DNA of 64,000 nt from Dudresnaya verticillata (lineage: Eukaryota), in the NCBI GenBank assembly GCA_977862235.1, contig OZ374559.1, positions 496,001-560,000 on the forward strand, given 5' to 3'. The position numbers and the translations under genes are program-made. A model generated the notes under the pieces. The model saw nothing but the letters and a program-made list of their open reading frames with translations, was not told the DNA's origin and ran no database searches. Shown here in pieces: positions 23,634 to 38,738 of the stretch. Within the stretch, counting starts at the first letter, position 1, and each line of letters begins with the position of its first letter.

Positions 23634-26600
23634 GACAAGGAATAGGATGAGTTGAGAAGGGTGACCTGTTCGTTGATGTGATTTGTGTGAGGACTGGCTG
23701 GCACTTGATGATGTTGTTGAAGGGAGAGATGGAGATCTTATATTTATACACGTTGTGTTCTAGTTGGCATATAGGAGAGATATTGTGTGGAGTTAGCCCC
23801 TATTGCAACCCTTGCCTACAAGAGAAGTGAATGGATATTGTTTGCAAAAACGTAGAGTGTATCTCACAGGTTCAGTTGCGACAAACAATGCACATGGCAC
23901 TGATGGAGGAATGGCGTTTCTTCTGCTGTGTTTATGGAAATCTTCCATACTATTGGAAGTGCTTAGGAGTAACATGCAGCATCGGCGTGTTGATCTAGGA
24001 GTATTCGCTGCTATTGTTTGCCAAAGAGATGGAGACCTTTATGCATAAGAGAAAGCATATAAATATATTGGCCATAAGTTTAACCGTTTAATGCACAAAC
24101 AAGGGTATCACGAAACGTGCTAAGAGAGAGCTTTACTATTACTGGAATGTTGCCATAGTTGCAGGCTGCAATGGAAGCGGGGATTTTATTTCTATTGCCA
24201 CAAGGAAGGTTGTTCGTTCTGTAAAGACAATCATCAACGGGAATTATTTGGAAAGTGCTAGGTGAAGAGGTATTTCGCTGTCTGGTTCTTCTACTTTCCC
24301 ATGGCAAGGGGATCTGCATTCTATGCAGGCAAGCAAACAGTGCAGTGAATAATCTACCTCGATAATCACGTTGCGGTCAACCCAGTTTTGCATTGCATGC
24401 CAAACTCTGGGTTTTGGTGCGGAAAGAGGGGAACATGCCCCTCATGGTATTGAAGGGAACAACATTGGAGGAGGATATGCCTGCGCTCGTGTCCATTAAT
24501 GTGACCTAGTGCTAGCGCACAGTGAGTCCCAGGTTTCGCCTCGATTTAAAACCAGGAGATAGGCATCTTGCGCCCTCGAGTCTAATAATATCTTGTTTCA
24601 AACCTCACCTGACAAGGAGGCACTAACACATTGAGGTCTCGCGACGGAAGAAGGCGAGATTGAAAACAGAACATTGTACCGCCGTGGTCTGCACATTTTG
24701 TTACTGCAGTACGCGACGAAGTCGTGATAAAAGCACTTGGCCAAAGGACAACAATTATATGTAGTTATCTCGAACTGGCACCATCTGAGGGGCGCGAATT
24801 CCTGCTCCGTCGTCCTCGATGGACTGAGTTATACTGGTACCGAGGGCGTGCTTTTATTCCATGTTGACCGAAGCACAGAATGACGTAACAGGTCATTGCG
24901 TTTGCGCACATCTCCAGATCTAAATCGGTCGTGGCGATACACTGAACTCCTAACCAGCCGTGCAGCATGCGATGCATAGTCGCCAGAGATGGCCTCTACA
25001 ACCTTGAGACCCTCATCACGTGGGTTTGTCATTGCATTGTACTCTACGCGCAGTGCATGTTGTTACTAATCGCCAGAGAAACGATCTAGATACAGAACCA
25101 TTCTAAGAGGATCGGCTGATCCGAGTTTGAAAGCGGTGAGAATCTGGGAGCCGCGGATCGACATTTCGCAGGTGCAAGGGGGGAAGCGAGGCGATGACAA
25201 TGGTATTGTTCAGGTGCAATTGCTTTGTCACCGCCGCTTTCGTCGTCATTCGTTGCATGCGGGTCGGAGGGGGCACATGTTGTGCTGTTTTGCACTGATT
25301 GCGCGTTGAACGAAACTGCGGGTACGTCTAATAGTGTCACACAACACTACTAAAAGGAATTGTGAGACGATATTTCTGAAGTAACCGCTTTTCGTAAGAC
25401 CCATCTCTCTCTCTCTCTCTCTGTGTCTCTCTCTCTGTCTCTCTCTCTCTCTCTAGGAACTTCGTAAAATCCACACAAACTCTCTCTCTCTCTCTCGCAC
25501 TTTGTCTAATTCTGCCCTCCTCTTGCAGGATCTAAATAAACTCAACAAACTTTCGCACTTTTCGTGCACATGCATCCCATCGCTGCGAATTAGCTTCTGC
25601 CCAGAAGGCATACGGTGTGGAGCTGCAAAACGTTTTGGCTTCGTGAGTGCGCTTCTCTTTCTGAGGGGAGCCATTTAACAATTATTTGTTATTCAAAGAT
25701 CGAAAACGAGTACCTCGTGAGACAGCTAACGGATACACCACATACCAAAAGAACTAGGAATGCGTTCAAGGCCCAGTTGTACAGCAGCGCACTAGTTGTT
25801 TGCCTTGTGCGGAAAACCAGTTCATATCTCCCGCAGACTTACGAAAAGTTCATGCAAAGCGGTGGAACTGGCGCTTTGAATATGTTTTTAGCACAAGGAA
25901 CAACTAAACTAATTTCGCCGTAACCGTTTGTAGACAACCAAGTTTTGCCTTTCCACTTTCTGTGGTAAACTTGTCCCCTGAGCAATACCTCATTTCACCC
26001 CGGGATGAACCCAAAGCTGTTCCAAGGATGTATATACTTTTTACATATTCTGCAATCTTCAGCTCATTACCACTATCATATCTCAATATGAAGATCATCA
26101 TCACAACCATATATCGCACAACACATTGCAGCCATCCTGTCCACATTATGCTACGTACTATCGCAGGATATGACTTGTACAAAGGGATGCATAAATGTTA
26201 AAGATGATCGCTTTACATGCGGATCGTTTCAAGGTTCACATGTTTTGAAATCACACCTCGACAAATAATTTGTAACGCAAACTGTACCCTTCACGGCAAT
26301 AGCTGGAAACAAACAGTAGTTCATCGATTGCCACGTCGAAGCAAAAAAGACATCCATCCTCAACGTTTACAGAGAACCAAGGATATCTCTTCTCTAACCG
26401 TATCTGCTACAATGTTACACTCTTCCTACTACCAAATTAAAAACACCAATGATGATGCAGACCGTTATACAATGCCAAACAAAGCCTCAAATGGGGGCTT
26501 AAACAGTCTTGCTCAGGAGGGGAGGCGAAAGATTGAAACTGTTGACCTGAAGAGCCAAGCATGAAGAACTAAATATACCAATGACGTTTTCTATCCCATC

Positions 26601-26764
26601 GTCCGCCGTTCAGGTAATCAATCCAGAATCGTCGCCGCGCACTATAAATACAGTTTATTGCTCTGTTATTCACTTTCATCTCATGCTACCAACAAGAGTT
26701 CTGTAACAGTTCACATCAGATCAACCGAAGTTCTAGATTTTCAACGCCAACTAAAAACCTTGTC

Positions 26765-27178
26765 ATGAATAAGCTTTTCGCCATCCTGGTCATCCTGGCC
26801 CTCTCCTCCGCTGCCCTTGCCGCTTGCCCGTGCAAGTGCCACACTGGTGATGATGAGGGCAAGGCCACAACGGAATGCGCCAAGCCGGCCAACTCTGCAT
26901 GCAAGGTCCTGAGCTGCGAGGAGTCCGAAGACAACTCTCTTGGCAAGACGTGCTGCTCCATCTCCACCACGGCAAGTGCCGTCAGCCGACTGTCAAAGGA
27001 TAAGAATGAGAATACGGAGGAGTTTGTGACGGAAATGAACTCTAGTGACAAGCAGAACCTGCCCACTTCCAACCGTGGTATTTGCAGGGGGATCAGGTGT
27101 GGCATCCGGTGCATTTGTGTCTGGGGACGTGGATGCTACTGCTACCGCTATTGTTACTGGTTCTATTACTGGTGCTAA
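26765..27178 (+). CDS. Secreted cysteine-rich peptide precursor, 137 aa (+ copy 5)
   Basis: Translation identical to copy 1. Confidence 0.95.
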   Translation: MNKLFAILVILALSSAALAACPCKCHTGDDEGKATTECAKPANSACKVLSCEESEDNSLGKTCCSISTTASAVSRLSKDKNENTEEFVTEMNSSDKQNLPTSNRGICRGIRCGIRCICVWGRGCYCYRYCYWFYYWC

Positions 27179-29206
27179 GGTTGTAGGCATGGGGGTTGAT
27201 ATTGTGTTGGACGGTTCGGGTCATGCCAAAAATAGATAGATACCATTGGAATGTGTCATGGCCCCGCGGCAAGGTCGGCTTTCGTAAACTTCGAGTTATT
27301 GAATCAAGAGCCACTCCATGCTTTCTTGGCCATACTATAACATTCGCTTCATTAGGCACAGAGAGGTCGAATAGCACTGTGGAATGCAGCAAACGAGCAG
27401 CGTTTCGTTAAAGATCGCATTCAAATTTCAAATCTGCTTGTTCAAATGTATTATTATATGCGAGTATTGTATGACGACAACGTCATTCCTCTCTACTACA
27501 ACATTCACAGATGTTTCACGATCATCACTTCACAATATAATATCCGAGCATGAGGGCAGCTCTCTGCTTCAATTGTTCAGTCCACACATTTCCGTTCCTG
27601 ATAATTCGCTTAATCGTTCCCAGACAGTTTGCCTCGTGTCACTGGCGTACAAGGCGAAGGTAGATGGCACTCGGTGTGTCAACTCTTCAGAATACGAAGG
27701 TTTGCGATACGGCTGTGTTTCCCGACCGAGTTGGCTCCTGAGAACACCTATGAGCTAAGTCAACACTTTTTGTAGATCTAATCCTTGAGTTTCTTCCCTT
27801 TCCCTTTGCGTGGTCGTGTAAAAGCTGCAGGGCCGATTCGACTTGTAGCTTTGATGCGCATGCTTCTAGAAGTGAACGAGATCTTTCGGTAGCGTTGGAC
27901 TGGGGACAGTTCTTCTGTGCGAGCGAATTGTCCACTGGTCCACTGGTGGGATGTGGAAGGGGATGTGCGAAGCGGTGCGGATACTAATCTTCGATTGGCA
28001 GATTTCAGAAAACTTGAAACAATGCAATTCGCGAGTGCAATTTCCATTGGTTGTAAAGTTGTCTCCGGTCAGATATTTTGTTTGTCACAGGGAGGAGGCA
28101 CTTTTGCAGTTACAAACCAAAGTCTTTGAGTTACTGCAACATGCTTGGGTCCCTACCTTCACGTTGGCTGAATGCAGTCGGAAAGTCCGGGGCTCTTTCT
28201 CATCGTAGGTAGAGTGAAAAGAAGGTTGTCCTCTCTCTCTTTCTCATATCAGTGATGCCCACCGAGAAGGGAGCATTTATAGCTCCGTTGTAAAGGGTAA
28301 GTTTGTCAGGACCGCTTGGGTACCGCTCCGCCAGCAACACAACAAGAGCCCAGAAATTTTTATGTTCGGATAAACAGTCCCTGCTTTCCCACAATCGCTT
28401 GTGATGACCATTTCGAGTGGAGGGTTTACAACGCATATTCATTGTGCGATACAATAGCTCCCGGTGAAAAACACTCGCTTTTATGAAAATAGCAGAAGAG
28501 CTTGATGAACAGAGCTATACTGGAAACTCTTGGTGTGAGCTATGTGGTTACAACCGCTGCTTATACAACTTTCGCCCTGCGTATGAATGGCAAAGCGAAA
28601 CACCGTGGCGGTTCTGTTTTGGACCGAGTAATTGACCGCCGTCCAGGACGGGTCCTGCCCTTCTGGATATAATGCTGTGATCGATCGAGAGGGATAAATT
28701 TGTCCCAAGTAGGATGTGTAAATGAGGTCTTCAACGAACCTGTGAAGTTGCTTTTCGTTGCTTGCTTGTGGACTTATAGAGGCTCTACATGGGAAACGGG
28801 GGCTCATATGCAGGCAAGCTTAGGTTAATCGCAATCGAGAATAGTCTAGAGGAAGAATGGGGGGTTCGGAAAGAGGAGGGGACAGCGGGTCCTGTACGTT
28901 AGGAGCGGGGTCTTCCAAGGTGCAGAGGTCTCGAATTGCCTGCAGTGCGCAACTGACGTCCTGTATCGTGGTAAGGGTTTGGGTCAGGCAATGATCAAGG
29001 GCTTTAAAAGGCTTTAGGGCTTTAGGGGGTTTTAGCTCGTGTTTCAATAATCGTCACCTTTAGGTCTTTGTGCCGGAGCCTCCGACTCGGAGGCTCATTC
29101 TACTACGCAAAGCACTGCAATATCAATAATATATGCATTCTGTTGCTCACACTATGAGAAGTGTTTTCAACCCGTCAACACAACTCTAACGACCATTACT
29201 GAGTCC

Positions 29207-29620
29207 TTAGCACCAGTAATAGAACCAGTAGCAGTAGCGGTAGCAGTAGCATCCACGTCCCCAGACACAAATGCACCGGATGCCACACCTGATCCCCCTG
29301 CAAATACCACGGTTGGAAGTGGGCAGGTTCTGCTTGTCACTAGAGTTCATTTCCGTCACAAACTCCTCCGTATTCTCATTCTTATCCTTTGACAGTCGGC
29401 TGACGGCACTTGCTGTGGTGGAGATGGAGCAGCACGTCTTGCCAAGAGAGTTGTCTTCGGACTCCTCGCAGCTCAGGACCTTGCATGCAGAGTTGGCCGG
29501 CTTGGCGCATTCCGTTGTGGCCTTGCCCTCATCATCACCAGTGTGGCACTTGCACGGGCAAGCGGCAAGGGCAGCGGAGGAGAGGGCCAGGATGACCAGG
29601 ATGGCAAAAAGCTTGTTCAT
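29207..29620 (-). CDS. Secreted cysteine-rich peptide precursor, 137 aa (- copy 5)
   Basis: Translation identical to copy 1. Confidence 0.95.
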   Translation of the reverse strand: MNKLFAILVILALSSAALAACPCKCHTGDDEGKATTECAKPANSACKVLSCEESEDNSLGKTCCSISTTASAVSRLSKDKNENTEEFVTEMNSSDKQNLPTSNRGICRGIRCGIRCICVWGRGCYCYRYCYWFYYWC

Positions 29621-32600
29621 GACAAGGAATAGGATGAGTTGAGAAGGGTGACCTGTTCGTTGATGTGATTTGTGTGAGGACTGGCTGGCACTTGATGATG
29701 TTGTTGAAGGGAGAGATGGAGATCTTATATTTATACACGTTGTGTTCTAGTTGGCATATAGGAGAGATATTGTGTGGAGTTAGCCCCTATTGCAACCCTT
29801 GCCTACAAGAGAAGTGAATGGATATTGTTTGCAAAAACGTAGAGTGTATCTCACAGGTTCAGTTGCGACAAACAATGCACATGGCACTGATGGAGGAATG
29901 GCGTTTCTTCTGCTGTGTTTATGGAAATCTTCCATACTATTGGAAGTGCTTAGGAGTAACATGCAGCATCGGCGTGTTGATCTAGGAGTATTCGCTGCTA
30001 TTGTTTGCCAAAGAGATGGAGACCTTTATGCATAAGAGAAAGCATATAAATATATTGGCCATAAGTTTAACCGTTTAATGCACAAACAAGGGTATCACGA
30101 AACGTGCTAAGAGAGAGCTTTACTATTACTGGAATGTTGCCATAGTTGCAGGCTGCAATGGAAGCGGGGATTTTATTTCTATTGCCACAAGGAAGGTTGT
30201 TCGTTCTGTAAAGACAATCATCAACGGGAATTATTTGGAAAGTGCTAGGTGAAGAGGTATTTCGCTGTCTGGTTCTTCTACTTTCCCATGGCAAGGGGAT
30301 CTGCATTCTATGCAGGCAAGCAAACAGTGCAGTGAATAATCTACCTCGATAATCACGTTGCGGTCAACCCAGTTTTGCATTGCATGCCAAACTCTGGGTT
30401 TTGGTGCGGAAAGAGGGGAACATGCCCCTCATGGTATTGAAGGGAACAACATTGGAGGAGGATATGCCTGCGCTCGTGTCCATTGATGTGACCTAGTGCT
30501 AGCGCACAGTGAGTCCCAGGTTTCGCCTCGATTTAAAACCAGGAGATAGGCATCTTGCGCCCTCGAGTCTAATAATATCTTGTTTCAAACCTCACCTGAC
30601 AAGGAGGCACTAACACATTGAGGTCTCGCGACGGAAGAAGGCGAGATTGAAAACAGAACATTGTACCGCCGTGGTCTGCACATTTTGTTACTGCAGTACG
30701 CGACGAAGTCGTGATAAAAGCACTTGGCCAAAGGACAACAATTATATGTAGTTATCTCGAACTGGCACCATCTGAGGGGCGCGAATTCCTGCTCCGTCGT
30801 CCTCGATGGACTGAGTTATACTGGTACCGAGGGCGTGCTTTTATTCCATGTTGACCGAAGCACAGAATGACGTAACAGGTCATTGCGTTTGCGCACATCT
30901 CCAGATCTAAATCGGTCGTGGCGATACACTGAACTCCTAACCAGCCGTGCAGCATGCGATGCATAGTCGCCAGAGATGGCCTCTACAACCTTGAGACCCT
31001 CATCACGTGGGTTTGTCATTGCATTGTACTCTACGCGCAGTGCATGTTGTTACTAATCGCCAGAGAAACGATCTAGATACAGAACCATTCTAAGAGGATC
31101 GGCTGATCCGAGTTTGAAAGCGGTGAGAATCTGGGAGCCGCGGATCGACATTTCGCAGGTGCAAGGGGGGAAGCGAGGCGATGACAATGGTATTGTTCAG
31201 GTGCAATTGCTTTGTCACCGCCGCTTTCGTCGTCATTCGTTGCATGCGGGTCGGAGGGGGCACATGTTGTGCTGTTTTGCACTGATTGCGCGTTGAACGA
31301 AACTGCGGGTACGTCTAATAGTGTCACACAACACTACTAAAAGGAATTGTGAGACGATATTTCTGAAGTAACCGCTTTTCGTAAGACCCATCTCTCTCTC
31401 TCTCTCTCTGTGTCTCTCTCTCTGTCTCTCTCTCTCTCTCTAGGAACTTCGTAAAATCCACACAAACTCTCTCTCTCTCTCTCGCACTTTGTCTAATTCT
31501 GCCCTCCTCTTGCAGGATCTAAATAAACTCAACAAACTTTCGCACTTTTCGTGCACATGCATCCCATCGCTGCGAATTAGCTTCTGCCCAGAAGGCATAC
31601 GGTGTGGAGCTGCAAAACGTTTTGGCTTCGTGAGTGCGCTTCTCTTTCTGAGGGGAGCCATTTAACAATTATTTGTTATTCAAAGATCGAAAACGAGTAC
31701 CTCGTGAGACAGCTAACGGATACACCACATACCAAAAGAACTAGGAATGCGTTCAAGGCCCAGTTGTACAGCAGCGCACTAGTTGTTTGCCTTGTGCGGA
31801 AAACCAGTTCATATCTCCCGCAGACTTACGAAAAGTTCATGCAAAGCGGTGGAACTGGCGCTTTGAATATGTTTTTAGCACAAGGAACAACTAAACTAAT
31901 TTCGCCGTAACCGTTTGTAGACAACCAAGTTTTGCCTTTCCACTTTCTGTGGTAAACTTGTCCCCTGAGCAATACCTCATTTCACCCCGGGATGAACCCA
32001 AAGCTGTTCCAAGGATGTATATACTTTTTACATATTCTGCAATCTTCAGCTCATTACCACTATCATATCTCAATATGAAGATCATCATCACAACCATATA
32101 TCGCACAACACATTGCAGCCATCCTGTCCACATTATGCTACGTACTATCGCAGGATATGACTTGTACAAAGGGATGCATAAATGTTAAAGATGATCGCTT
32201 TACATGCGGATCGTTTCAAGGTTCACATGTTTTGAAATCACACCTCGACAAATAATTTGTAACGCAAACTGTACCCTTCACGGCAATAGCTGGAAACAAA
32301 CAGTAGTTCATCGATTGCCACGTCGAAGCAAAAAAGACATCCATCCTCAACGTTTACAGAGAACCAAGGATATCTCTTCTCTAACCGTATCTGCTACAAT
32401 GTTACACTCTTCCTACTACCAAATTAAAAACACCAATGATGATGCAGACCGTTATACAATGCCAAACAAAGCCTCAAATGGGGGCTTAAACAGTCTTGCT
32501 CAGGAGGGGAGGCGAAAGATTGAAACTGTTGACCTGAAGAGCCAAGCATGAAGAACTAAATATACCAATGACGTTTTCTATCCCATCGTCCGCCGTTCAG

Positions 32601-32751
32601 GTAATCAATCCAGAATCGTCGCCGCGCACTATAAATACAGTTTATTGCTCTGTTATTCACTTTCATCTCATGCTACCAACAAGAGTTCTGTAACAGTTCA
32701 CATCAGATCAACCGAAGTTCTAGATTTTCAACGCCAACTAAAAACCTTGTC

Positions 32752-33165
32752 ATGAATAAGCTTTTCGCCATCCTGGTCATCCTGGCCCTCTCCTCCGCTG
32801 CCCTTGCCGCTTGCCCGTGTAAGTGCCACACTGGTGATGATGAGGGCAAGGCCACAACGGAATGCGCCAAGCCGGCCAACTCTGCATGCAAGGTCCTGAG
32901 CTGCGAGGAGTCCGAAGACAACTCTCTTGGCAAGACGTGCTGCTCCATCTCCACCACGGCAAGTGCCGTCAGCCGACTGTCAAAGGATAAGAATGAGAAT
33001 ACGGAGGAGTTTGTGACGGAAATGAACTCTAGTGACAAGCAGAACCTGCCCACTTCCAACCGTGGTATTTGCAGGGGGATCAGGTGTGGCATCCGGTGCA
33101 TTTGTGTCTGGGGACGTGGATGCTACTGCTACCGCTATTGTTACTGGTTCTATTACTGGTGCTAA
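32752..33165 (+). CDS. Secreted cysteine-rich peptide precursor, 137 aa (+ copy 6)
   Basis: Identical translation; synonymous TGC>TGT (Cys23) at 32820. Confidence 0.95.
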   Translation: MNKLFAILVILALSSAALAACPCKCHTGDDEGKATTECAKPANSACKVLSCEESEDNSLGKTCCSISTTASAVSRLSKDKNENTEEFVTEMNSSDKQNLPTSNRGICRGIRCGIRCICVWGRGCYCYRYCYWFYYWC

Positions 33166-35193
33166 GGTTGTAGGCATGGGGGTTGATATTGTGTTGGACG
33201 GTTCGGGTCATGCCAAAAATAGATAGATACCATTGGAATGTGTCATGGCCCCGCGGCAAGGTCGGCTTTCGTAAACTTCGAGTTATTGAATCAAGAGCCA
33301 CTCCATGCTTTCTTGGCCATACTATAACATTCGCTTCATTAGGCACAGAGAGGTCGAATAGCACTGTGGAATGCAGCAAACGAGCAGCGTTTCGTTAAAG
33401 ATCGCATTCAAATTTCAAATCTGCTTGTTCAAATGTATTATTATATGCGAGTATTGTATGACGACAACGTCATTCCTCTCTACTACAACATTCACAGATG
33501 TTTCACGATCATCACTTCACAATATAATATCCGAGCATGAGGGCAGCTCTCTGCTTCAATTGTTCAGTCCACACATTTCCGTTCCTGATAATTCGCTTAA
33601 TCGTTCCCAGACAGTTTGCCTCGTGTCACTGGCGTACAAGGCGAAGGTAGATGGCACTCGGTGTGTCAACTCTTCAGAATACGAAGGTTTGCGATACGGC
33701 TGTGTTTCCCGACCGAGTTGGCTCCTGAGAACACCTATGAGCTAAGTCAACACTTTTTGTAGATCTAATCCTTGAGTTTCTTCCCTTTCCCTTTGCGTGG
33801 TCGTGTAAAAGCTGCAGGGCCGATTCGACTTGTAGCTTTGATGCGCATGCTTCTAGAAGTGAACGAGATCTTTCGGTAGCGTTGGACTGGGGACAGTTCT
33901 TCTGTGCGAGCGAATTGTCCACTGGTCCACTGGTGGGATGTGGAAGGGGATGTGCGAAGCGGTGCGGATACTAATCTTCGATTGGCAGATTTCAGAAAAC
34001 TTGAAACAATGCAATTCGCGAGTGCAATTTCCATTGGTTGTAAAGTTGTCTCCGGTCAGATATTTTGTTTGTCACAGGGAGGAGGCACTTTTGCAGTTAC
34101 AAACCAAAGTCTTTGAGTTACTGCAACATGCTTGGGTCCCTACCTTCACGTTGGCTGAATGCAGTCGGAAAGTCCGGGGCTCTTTCTCATCGTAGGTAGA
34201 GTGAAAAGAAGGTTGTCCTCTCTCTCTTTCTCATATCAGTGATGCCCACCGAGAAGGGAGCATTTATAGCTCCGTTGTAAAGGGTAAGTTTGTCAGGACC
34301 GCTTGGGTACCGCTCCGCCAGCAACACAACAAGAGCCCAGAAATTTTTATGTTCGGATAAACAGTCCCTGCTTTCCCACAATCGCTTGTGATGACCATTT
34401 CGAGTGGAGGGTTTACAACGCATATTCATTGTGCGATACAATAGCTCCCGGTGAAAAACACTCGCTTTTATGAAAATAGCAGAAGAGCTTGATGAACAGA
34501 GCTATACTGGAAACTCTTGGTGTGAGCTATGTGGTTACAACCGCTGCTTATACAACTTTCGCCCTGCGTATGAATGGCAAAGCGAAACACCGTGGCGGTT
34601 CTGTTTTGGACCGAGTAATTGACCGCCGTCCAGGACGGGTCCTGCCCTTCTGGATATAATGCTGTGATCGATCGAGAGGGATAAATTTGTCCCAAGTAGG
34701 ATGTGTAAATGAGGTCTTCAACGAACCTGTGAAGTTGCTTTTCGTTGCTTGCTTGTGGACTTATAGAGGCTCTACATGGGAAACGGGGGCTCATATGCAG
34801 GCAAGCTTAGGTTAATCGCAATCGAGAATAGTCTAGAGGAAGAATGGGGGGTTCGGAAAGAGGAGGGGACAGCGGGTCCTGTACGTTAGGAGCGGGGTCT
34901 TCCAAGGTGCAGAGGTCTAGAATTGCCTGCAGTGCGCAACTGACGTCCTGTATCGTGGTAAGGGTTTGGGTCAGGCAATGATCAAGGGCTTTAAAAGGCT
35001 TTAGGGCTTTAGGGGGTTTTAGCTCGTGTTTCAATAATCGTCACCTTTAGGTCTTTGTGCCGGAGCCTCCGACTCGGAGGCTCATTCTACTACGCAAAGC
35101 ACTGCAATATCAATAATATATGCATTCTGTTGCTCGCACTATGAGAAGTGTTTTCAACCCGTCAACACAACTCTAACGACCATTACTGAGTCC

Positions 35194-35607
35194 TTAGCAC
35201 CAGTAATAGAACCAGTAGCAGTAGCGGTAGCAGTAGCATCCACGTCCCCAGACACAAATGCACCGGATGCCACACCTGATCCCCCTGCAAATACCACGGT
35301 TGGAAGTGGGCAGGTTCTGCTTGTCACTAGAGTTCATTTCCGTCACAAACTCCTCCGTATTCTCATTCTTATCCTTTGACAGTCGGCTGACGGCACTTGC
35401 TGTGGTGGAGATGGAGCAGCACGTCTTGCCAAGAGAGTTGTCTTCGGACTCCTCGCAGCTCAGGACCTTGCATGCAGAGTTGGCCGGCTTGGCGCATTCC
35501 GTTGTGGCCTTGCCCTCATCATCACCAGTGTGGCACTTGCACGGGCAAGCGGCAAGGGCAGCGGAGGAGAGGGCCAGGATGACCAGGATGGCAAAAAGCT
35601 TGTTCAT
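35194..35607 (-). CDS. Secreted cysteine-rich peptide precursor, 137 aa (- copy 6)
   Basis: Translation identical to copy 1. Confidence 0.95.
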   Translation of the reverse strand: MNKLFAILVILALSSAALAACPCKCHTGDDEGKATTECAKPANSACKVLSCEESEDNSLGKTCCSISTTASAVSRLSKDKNENTEEFVTEMNSSDKQNLPTSNRGICRGIRCGIRCICVWGRGCYCYRYCYWFYYWC

Positions 35608-38600
35608 GACAAGGAATAGGATGAGTTGAGAAGGGTGACCTGTTCGTTGATGTGATTTGTGTGAGGACTGGCTGGCACTTGATGATGTTGTTGAAGGGAG
35701 AGATGGAGATCTTATATTTATACACGTTGTGTTCTAGTTGGCATATAGGAGAGATATTGTGTGGAGTTAGCCCCTATTGCAACCCTTGCCTACAAGAGAA
35801 GTGAATGGATATTGTTTGCAAAAACGTAGAGTGTATCTCACAGGTTCAGTTGCGACAAACAATGCACATGGCACTGATGGAGGAATGGCGTTTCTTCTGC
35901 TGTGTTTATGGAAATCTTCCATACTATTGGAAGTGCTTAGGAGTAACATGCAGCATCGGCGTGTTGATCTAGGAGTATTCGCTGCTATTGTTTGCCAAAG
36001 AGATGGAGACCTTTATGCATAAGAGAAAGCATATAAATATATTGGCCATAAGTTTAACCGTTTAATGCACAAACAAGGGTATCACGAAACGTGCTAAGAG
36101 AGAGCTTTACTATTACTGGAATGTTGCCATAGTTGCAGGCTGCAATGGAAGCGGGGATTTTATTTCTATTGCCACAAGGAAGGTTGTTCGTTCTGTAAAG
36201 ACAATCATCAACGGGAATTATTTGGAAAGTGCTAGGTGAAGAGGTATTTCGCTGTCTGGTTCTTCTACTTTCCCATGGCAAGGGGATCTGCATTCTATGC
36301 AGGCAAGCAAACAGTGCAGTGAATAATCTACCTCGATAATCACGTTGCGGTCAACCCAGTTTTGCATTGCATGCCAAACTCTGGGTTTTGGTGCGGAAAG
36401 AGGGGAACATGCCCCTCATGGTATTGAAGGGAACAACATTGGAGGAGGATATGCCTGCGCTCGTGTCCATTGATGTGACCTAGTGCTAGCGCACAGTGAG
36501 TCCCAGGTTTCGCCTCGATTTAAAACCAGGAGATAGGCATCTTGCGCCCTCGAGTCTAATAATATCTTGTTTCAAACCTCACCTGACAAGGAGGCACTAA
36601 CACATTGAGGTCTCGCGACGGAAGAAGGCGAGATTGAAAACAGAACATTGTACCGCCGTGGTCTGCACATTTTGTTACTGCAGTACGCGACGAAGTCGTG
36701 ATAAAAGCACTTGGCCAAAGGACAACAATTATATGTAGTTATCTCGAACTGGCACCATCTGAGGGGCGCGAATTCCTGCTCCGTCGTCCTCGATGGACTG
36801 AGTTATACTGGTACCGAGGGCGTGCTTTTATTCCATGTTGACCGAAGCACAGAATGACGTAACAGGTCATTGCGTTTGCGCACATCTCCAGATCTAAATC
36901 GGTCGTGGCGATACACTGAACTCCTAACCAGCCGTGCAGCATGCGATGCATAGTCGCCAGAGATGGCCTCTACAACCTTGAGACCCTCATCACGTGGGTT
37001 TGTCATTGCATTGTACTCTACGCGCAGTGCATGTTGTTACTAATCGCCAGAGAAACGATCTAGATACAGAACCATTCTAAGAGGATCGGCTGATCCGAGT
37101 TTGAAAGCGGTGAGAATCTGGGAGCCGCGGATCGACATTTCGCAGGTGCAAGGGGGGAAGCGAGGCGATGACAATGGTATTGTTCAGGTGCAATTGCTTT
37201 GTCACCGCCGCTTTCGTCGTCATTCGTTGCATGCGGGTCGGAGGGGGCACATGTTGTGCTGTTTTGCACTGATTGCGCGTTGAACGAAACTGCGGGTACG
37301 TCTAATAGTGTCACACAACACTACTAAAAGGAATTGTGAGACGATATTTCTGAAGTAACCGCTTTTCGTAAGACCCATCTCTCTCTCTCTCTCTCTGTGT
37401 CTCTCTCTCTGTCTCTCTCTCTCTCTCTAGGAACTTCGTAAAATCCACACAAACTCTCTCTCTCTCTCTCGCACTTTGTCTAATTCTGCCCTCCTCTTGC
37501 AGGATCTAAATAAACTCAACAAACTTTCGCACTTTTCGTGCACATGCATCCCATCGCTGCGAATTAGCTTCTGCCCAGAAGGCATACGGTGTGGAGCTGC
37601 AAAACGTTTTGGCTTCGTGAGTGCGCTTCTCTTTCTGAGGGGAGCCATTTAACAATTATTTGTTATTCAAAGATCGAAAACGAGTACCTCGTGAGACAGC
37701 TAACGGATACACCACATACCAAAAGAACTAGGAATGCGTTCAAGGCCCAGTTGTACAGCAGCGCACTAGTTGTTTGCCTTGTGCGGAAAACCAGTTCATA
37801 TCTCCCGCAGACTTACGAAAAGTTCATGCAAAGCGGTGGAACTGGCGCTTTGAATATGTTTTTAGCACAAGGAACAACTAAACTAATTTCGCCGTAACCG
37901 TTTGTAGACAACCAAGTTTTGCCTTTCCACTTTCTGTGGTAAACTTGTCCCCTGAGCAATACCTCATTTCACCCCGGGATGAACCCAAAGCTGTTCCAAG
38001 GATGTATATACTTTTTACATATTCTGCAATCTTCAGCTCATTACCACTATCATATCTCAATATGAAGATCATCATCACAACCATATATCGCACAACACAT
38101 TGCAGCCATCCTGTCCACATTATGCTACGTACTATCGCAGGATATGACTTGTACAAAGGGATGCATAAATGTTAAAGATGATCGCTTTACATGCGGATCG
38201 TTTCAAGGTTCACATGTTTTGAAATCACACCTCGACAAATAATTTGTAACGCAAACTGTACCCTTCACGGCAATAGCTGGAAACAAACAGTAGTTCATCG
38301 ATTGCCACGTCGAAGCAAAAAAGACATCCATCCTCAACGTTTACAGAGAACCAAGGATATCTCTTCTCTAACCGTATCTGCTACAATGTTACACTCTTCC
38401 TACTACCAAATTAAAAACACCAATGATGATGCAGACCGTTATACAATGCCAAACAAAGCCTCAAATGGGGGCTTAAACAGTCTTGCTCAGGAGGGGAGGC
38501 GAAAGATTGAAACTGTTGACCTGAAGAGCCAAGCATGAAGAACTAAATATACCAATGACGTTTTCTATCCCATCGTCCGCCGTTCAGGTAATCAATCCAG

Positions 38601-38738
38601 AATCGTCGCCGCGCACTATAAATACAGTTTATTGCTCTGTTATTCACTTTCATCTCATGCTACCAACAAGAGTTCTGTAACAGTTCACATCAGATCAACC
38701 GAAGTTCTAGATTTTCAACGCCAACTAAAAACCTTGTC